DNA of 64,000 nucleotides, taken from contig NC_058368.1 in NCBI RefSeq assembly GCF_018350175.1, forward strand, positions 50,469,815-50,533,814, read 5' to 3'. The position numbers and the translations under genes are program-made. Shown one piece after another: positions 61,244 through 64,000 of the stretch. Under the pieces are notes generated by a model, which saw only the letters and a program-made list of their open reading frames with translations, was not told the origin of the DNA and did no database searches. Each line of letters opens with the position of its first letter. Positions within the stretch are counted from its first letter, which is position 1. The DNA is from Felis catus. Lineage: Eukaryota.

Positions 61244-62139
61244 GTTCATGTAGGACTTCCTTGCTCATATTTACAAGGCATTGGTCATCAATAAAAAATG
61301 GCCACACTTTCACTGGGATGAGTTACTAAATAAGACTGTAGATTAAATCAGTCATTGAAACAAGGGCAAAGCTATGTAATTTATCACATAAATTTGAACT
61401 GTTTACAATAACAGCAAAAGCTCAAGTGCTTGATAATACACACAGTGCTTAGAGTTTCATCAGACAGTTTTAGAATCTAAATTATTGAGCATGTAGTTCT
61501 GCGTTTGCCCTGGAGATCAGCCTAGGAGGCTGCAGTATCAGGGGAGTGTTGAAATTAGAACCTATTACAGTAAATGTGGAAGGATGGCATTCTCAGACTT
61601 AACAATGGATTGTATGTGAGGAATGAGAACGTGATGACTCCACTGCTCAAAGATGGTGGATTCAAAAGGTGAGGTTACTCTTGGTGATGCAGAAGGTTAG
61701 ACCCTGCTAGAGGAAACCATAAGCTATACGTATGGGATCTACTTTAATTCATATTACCCTAGGTGAACCAGTTCTGAGAGGTTGTTACCTCTTTATAGGG
61801 AACTCTGCTGGATACTTCAGAGATCTCTAAGCACTGGAGGTCTGTAATCTGCAGTTTCCTGGACAAAGATGAGGGTGTCTCCTTTGGCCATGCTTACTGA
61901 TTGCCCCCCCAGGCACCCTTAGCTGCTCCATACAAATGTCCTTGTTAGTGGGTCTATCCCTGTATTTTTTCTCACAGTGCTATTCCTGTCAGGAATTCTC
62001 TGCTTGTCTTGTCCACACACATTCTTCATGTGTTAATTCTTATATTTATTAACTCTTTCATGAATACTTGTTGATGTGGCCACCTGAAGAAAAAAAAAAG
62101 AAAACTTTCTAATGGTAGAAAGTTTACTAAATCTGGCAG

Positions 62140-62316
62140 AAGAGTGAACGAGCTCTCTGGTGTCTCTTATAAAGATGCTAATCCTATTGGATCAGTGCCC
62201 TCTCCTTACGACCTCATTTAACCTTAATTATTTCCATGAAGGCTTTATCTTTAAATACCATTACATGGGTCTTCAACATATGAATATTGGGAGAATACAA
62301 CATTCACTTCATAACA
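62140..62316 (-). mobile_element. MaLR LTR fragment (MST/MLT1A-like)
   Basis: CTCTCTGGTGTCTCTTATAAAG...ACCTCATTTAACCTTAATTA...TTCAACATATGAAT...AACATTCAC...ATAACA. Confidence 0.85.
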
Positions 62317-62860
62317 GACAAGGTGCATTGTTGGTAGTATTGGAACCAACTCACTCATATTTTATTTTGAATTTTTATAATTCTCATAATTAATATTAGT
62401 CAGCAATTTACTTTGTTATCTACTATTTATCAGGTTATGTACCAATATTATCCTTGATTCATAAAATGAATTTGAATGTTTTGGTCATTTATGTTATCAC
62501 TGGTCTCTGTTTGATAGAATTATCTAGTGAACCCATTTGTCTCTGATATATTTTTCTGATGTAGTTCCTTTACAACTTCATTTATAATAGATAAAATAGA
62601 TAATAGATAAAAATTTATCTATTTAAGCCTCCCAGCTTTACTGTGGTTAATTTTTGTAAACTGAATTTTCTCTTAAAGTTATCTATTTATTTATATAGAG
62701 ATCTGCCTGAATTTCCCAACAGCCAGATTACTGAAGGCTGATCTAGATTTACTCTAATGTAGAAAAATAAAGACTAAATGCTAAGTTTAGAAAAATAAAG
62801 ATACAGGATTTTGTCCTTATACTTAGGTATCAGGGAACATACGATCTTAATAATACCATT

Positions 62861-63009
62861 TTTTTTCATTTTAAAAAATTTAATTTTAATTTTAATTCCA
62901 GTGTAGTTAACATACAGTGTTATATTAGTTTCAGGGGTACAATATAGTGATTTGATAATTCCATACATCCCCCAGTGCTCATCAAGATAAATGTATACTC
63001 TTAATCCCA
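62861..63009 (-). mobile_element. short carnivore L1 3' terminus
   Basis: AATTCCAGTGTAGTTAACATACAGTGTTATATTAGTTTCAGGGGTACAATATAGTGATT, similar to the 54.4 kb L1 end. Confidence 0.9.
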
Positions 63010-64000
63010 AATAACACTGTTTCTGTTCATTTGCATCTTATTTGTCATTTTTCTTTTTGAAGTAGGAATGTGGCTTTACTATTATCCAACCAGGAGAGTG
63101 ATGGCAGGCTCCTCAAGGTCAGGAACTTATCTTCTGTTTATACTGCTATGATATAAAATACAGTGCAATACTCACAGTAGGTGTTCAACAAATATATATT
63201 ATTATGAAAAGAAATATGGACCCTAATAGATGTTTGACATTTCATAATAATCTTCTAACAGCATATTATAATGGAGCCATACTGAGAACAAAAATTGATT
63301 TAAGGAAACACATTCTTATATAAAACTTTTAATAGAATAGTAGCTATACAGTTTTGCTATACTCTGAAAATAACTCTAAACAGTATACTTAGGCAGTAGC
63401 AATTGTCAAGAAGTATGAATAGGAAATGATAATTTGACATTTAAAAGAGTAAAAAGTTTTACACCATTAACCACAGAGAAATATATGAGAATAAAAAAAA
63501 AGTCTGTCAAAGGAAATATTTATGAACTAGTTGGAGTTCAAGGACAAATACATTTAACATCTAAAAGAATTTGGCTGTTTTTTATACACCCTTGCCAAAG
63601 ATTGACTTTCACCTATTTTCTCTCAGAAAATGAGTGGCAGTTTGGCTGTTTACAGGGTAGGATTCCAGGGATCCATTAAAACTTTCAAAATATCATTAAT
63701 GGCATAATCATATATTTTTATGGGAGGTAATCATTTCTTCAGGTGGATCTTGTTAGTGAATTTTCACACTCTGTATTAGCATCATTATTGAACAGGATAA
63801 CAAGGCAGATGCATCACCATTAGAGTATCAAGTGAACACAAGCATAGCAGTTTTATGAGTCACTGATCTGCTGTCAGCAATGAGCAGTCTATCAGTGGGA
63901 AAGTGCCCTTGAAATGAACTTTATCTGTAATGTTTCATTCATTGTAGACTCCTCATTGTGGAAGGTATAAATTGTAGATTCCTTCACTGAAAACATCATA

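Noticed and set aside
1..64000. CRISPR array, operon or other prokaryotic/viral system
   Set aside because: No regularly spaced repeat-spacer array and no gene-dense ORFs; content is typical felid repeat-rich genomic DNA

Overview
AT-rich, CpG-depleted mammalian non-coding DNA, intronic or intergenic. Sixteen carnivore tRNA-derived Can-SINEs, including young feline SINEC_Fc-type copies with intact target-site duplications (TSDs), point to a felid (domestic cat or a relative). I recognise no protein-coding exon, RNA gene, CRISPR array or prokaryote-type system. The only recognisable peptides are retrotransposon fossils: a 5'-truncated ~3.4 kb antisense L1 ORF2, an L2 RT remnant and a CR1/L3 ORF2 remnant. 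The rest is MIR, L2, old L1M, MER5/MER58 hAT, MaLR/ERVL LTRs, a probable Gypsy-type LTR, microsatellites and unique sequence with transcription-factor motifs. Repeat subfamily names come from recalled consensus resemblance, not a database search, and old-repeat boundaries are approximate. The best speculative leads are a branchpoint-AG|GTGAG recursive-splice-like site (24.8 kb, minus), a tandem HRE-HRE-CRE cluster (27.1 kb), an imperfect hammerhead-like core (32.6 kb), a palindromic AT-rich duplication (48.5 kb) and a SINE pair inserted at one target site (50 kb). None amounts to a demonstrated new biological system.
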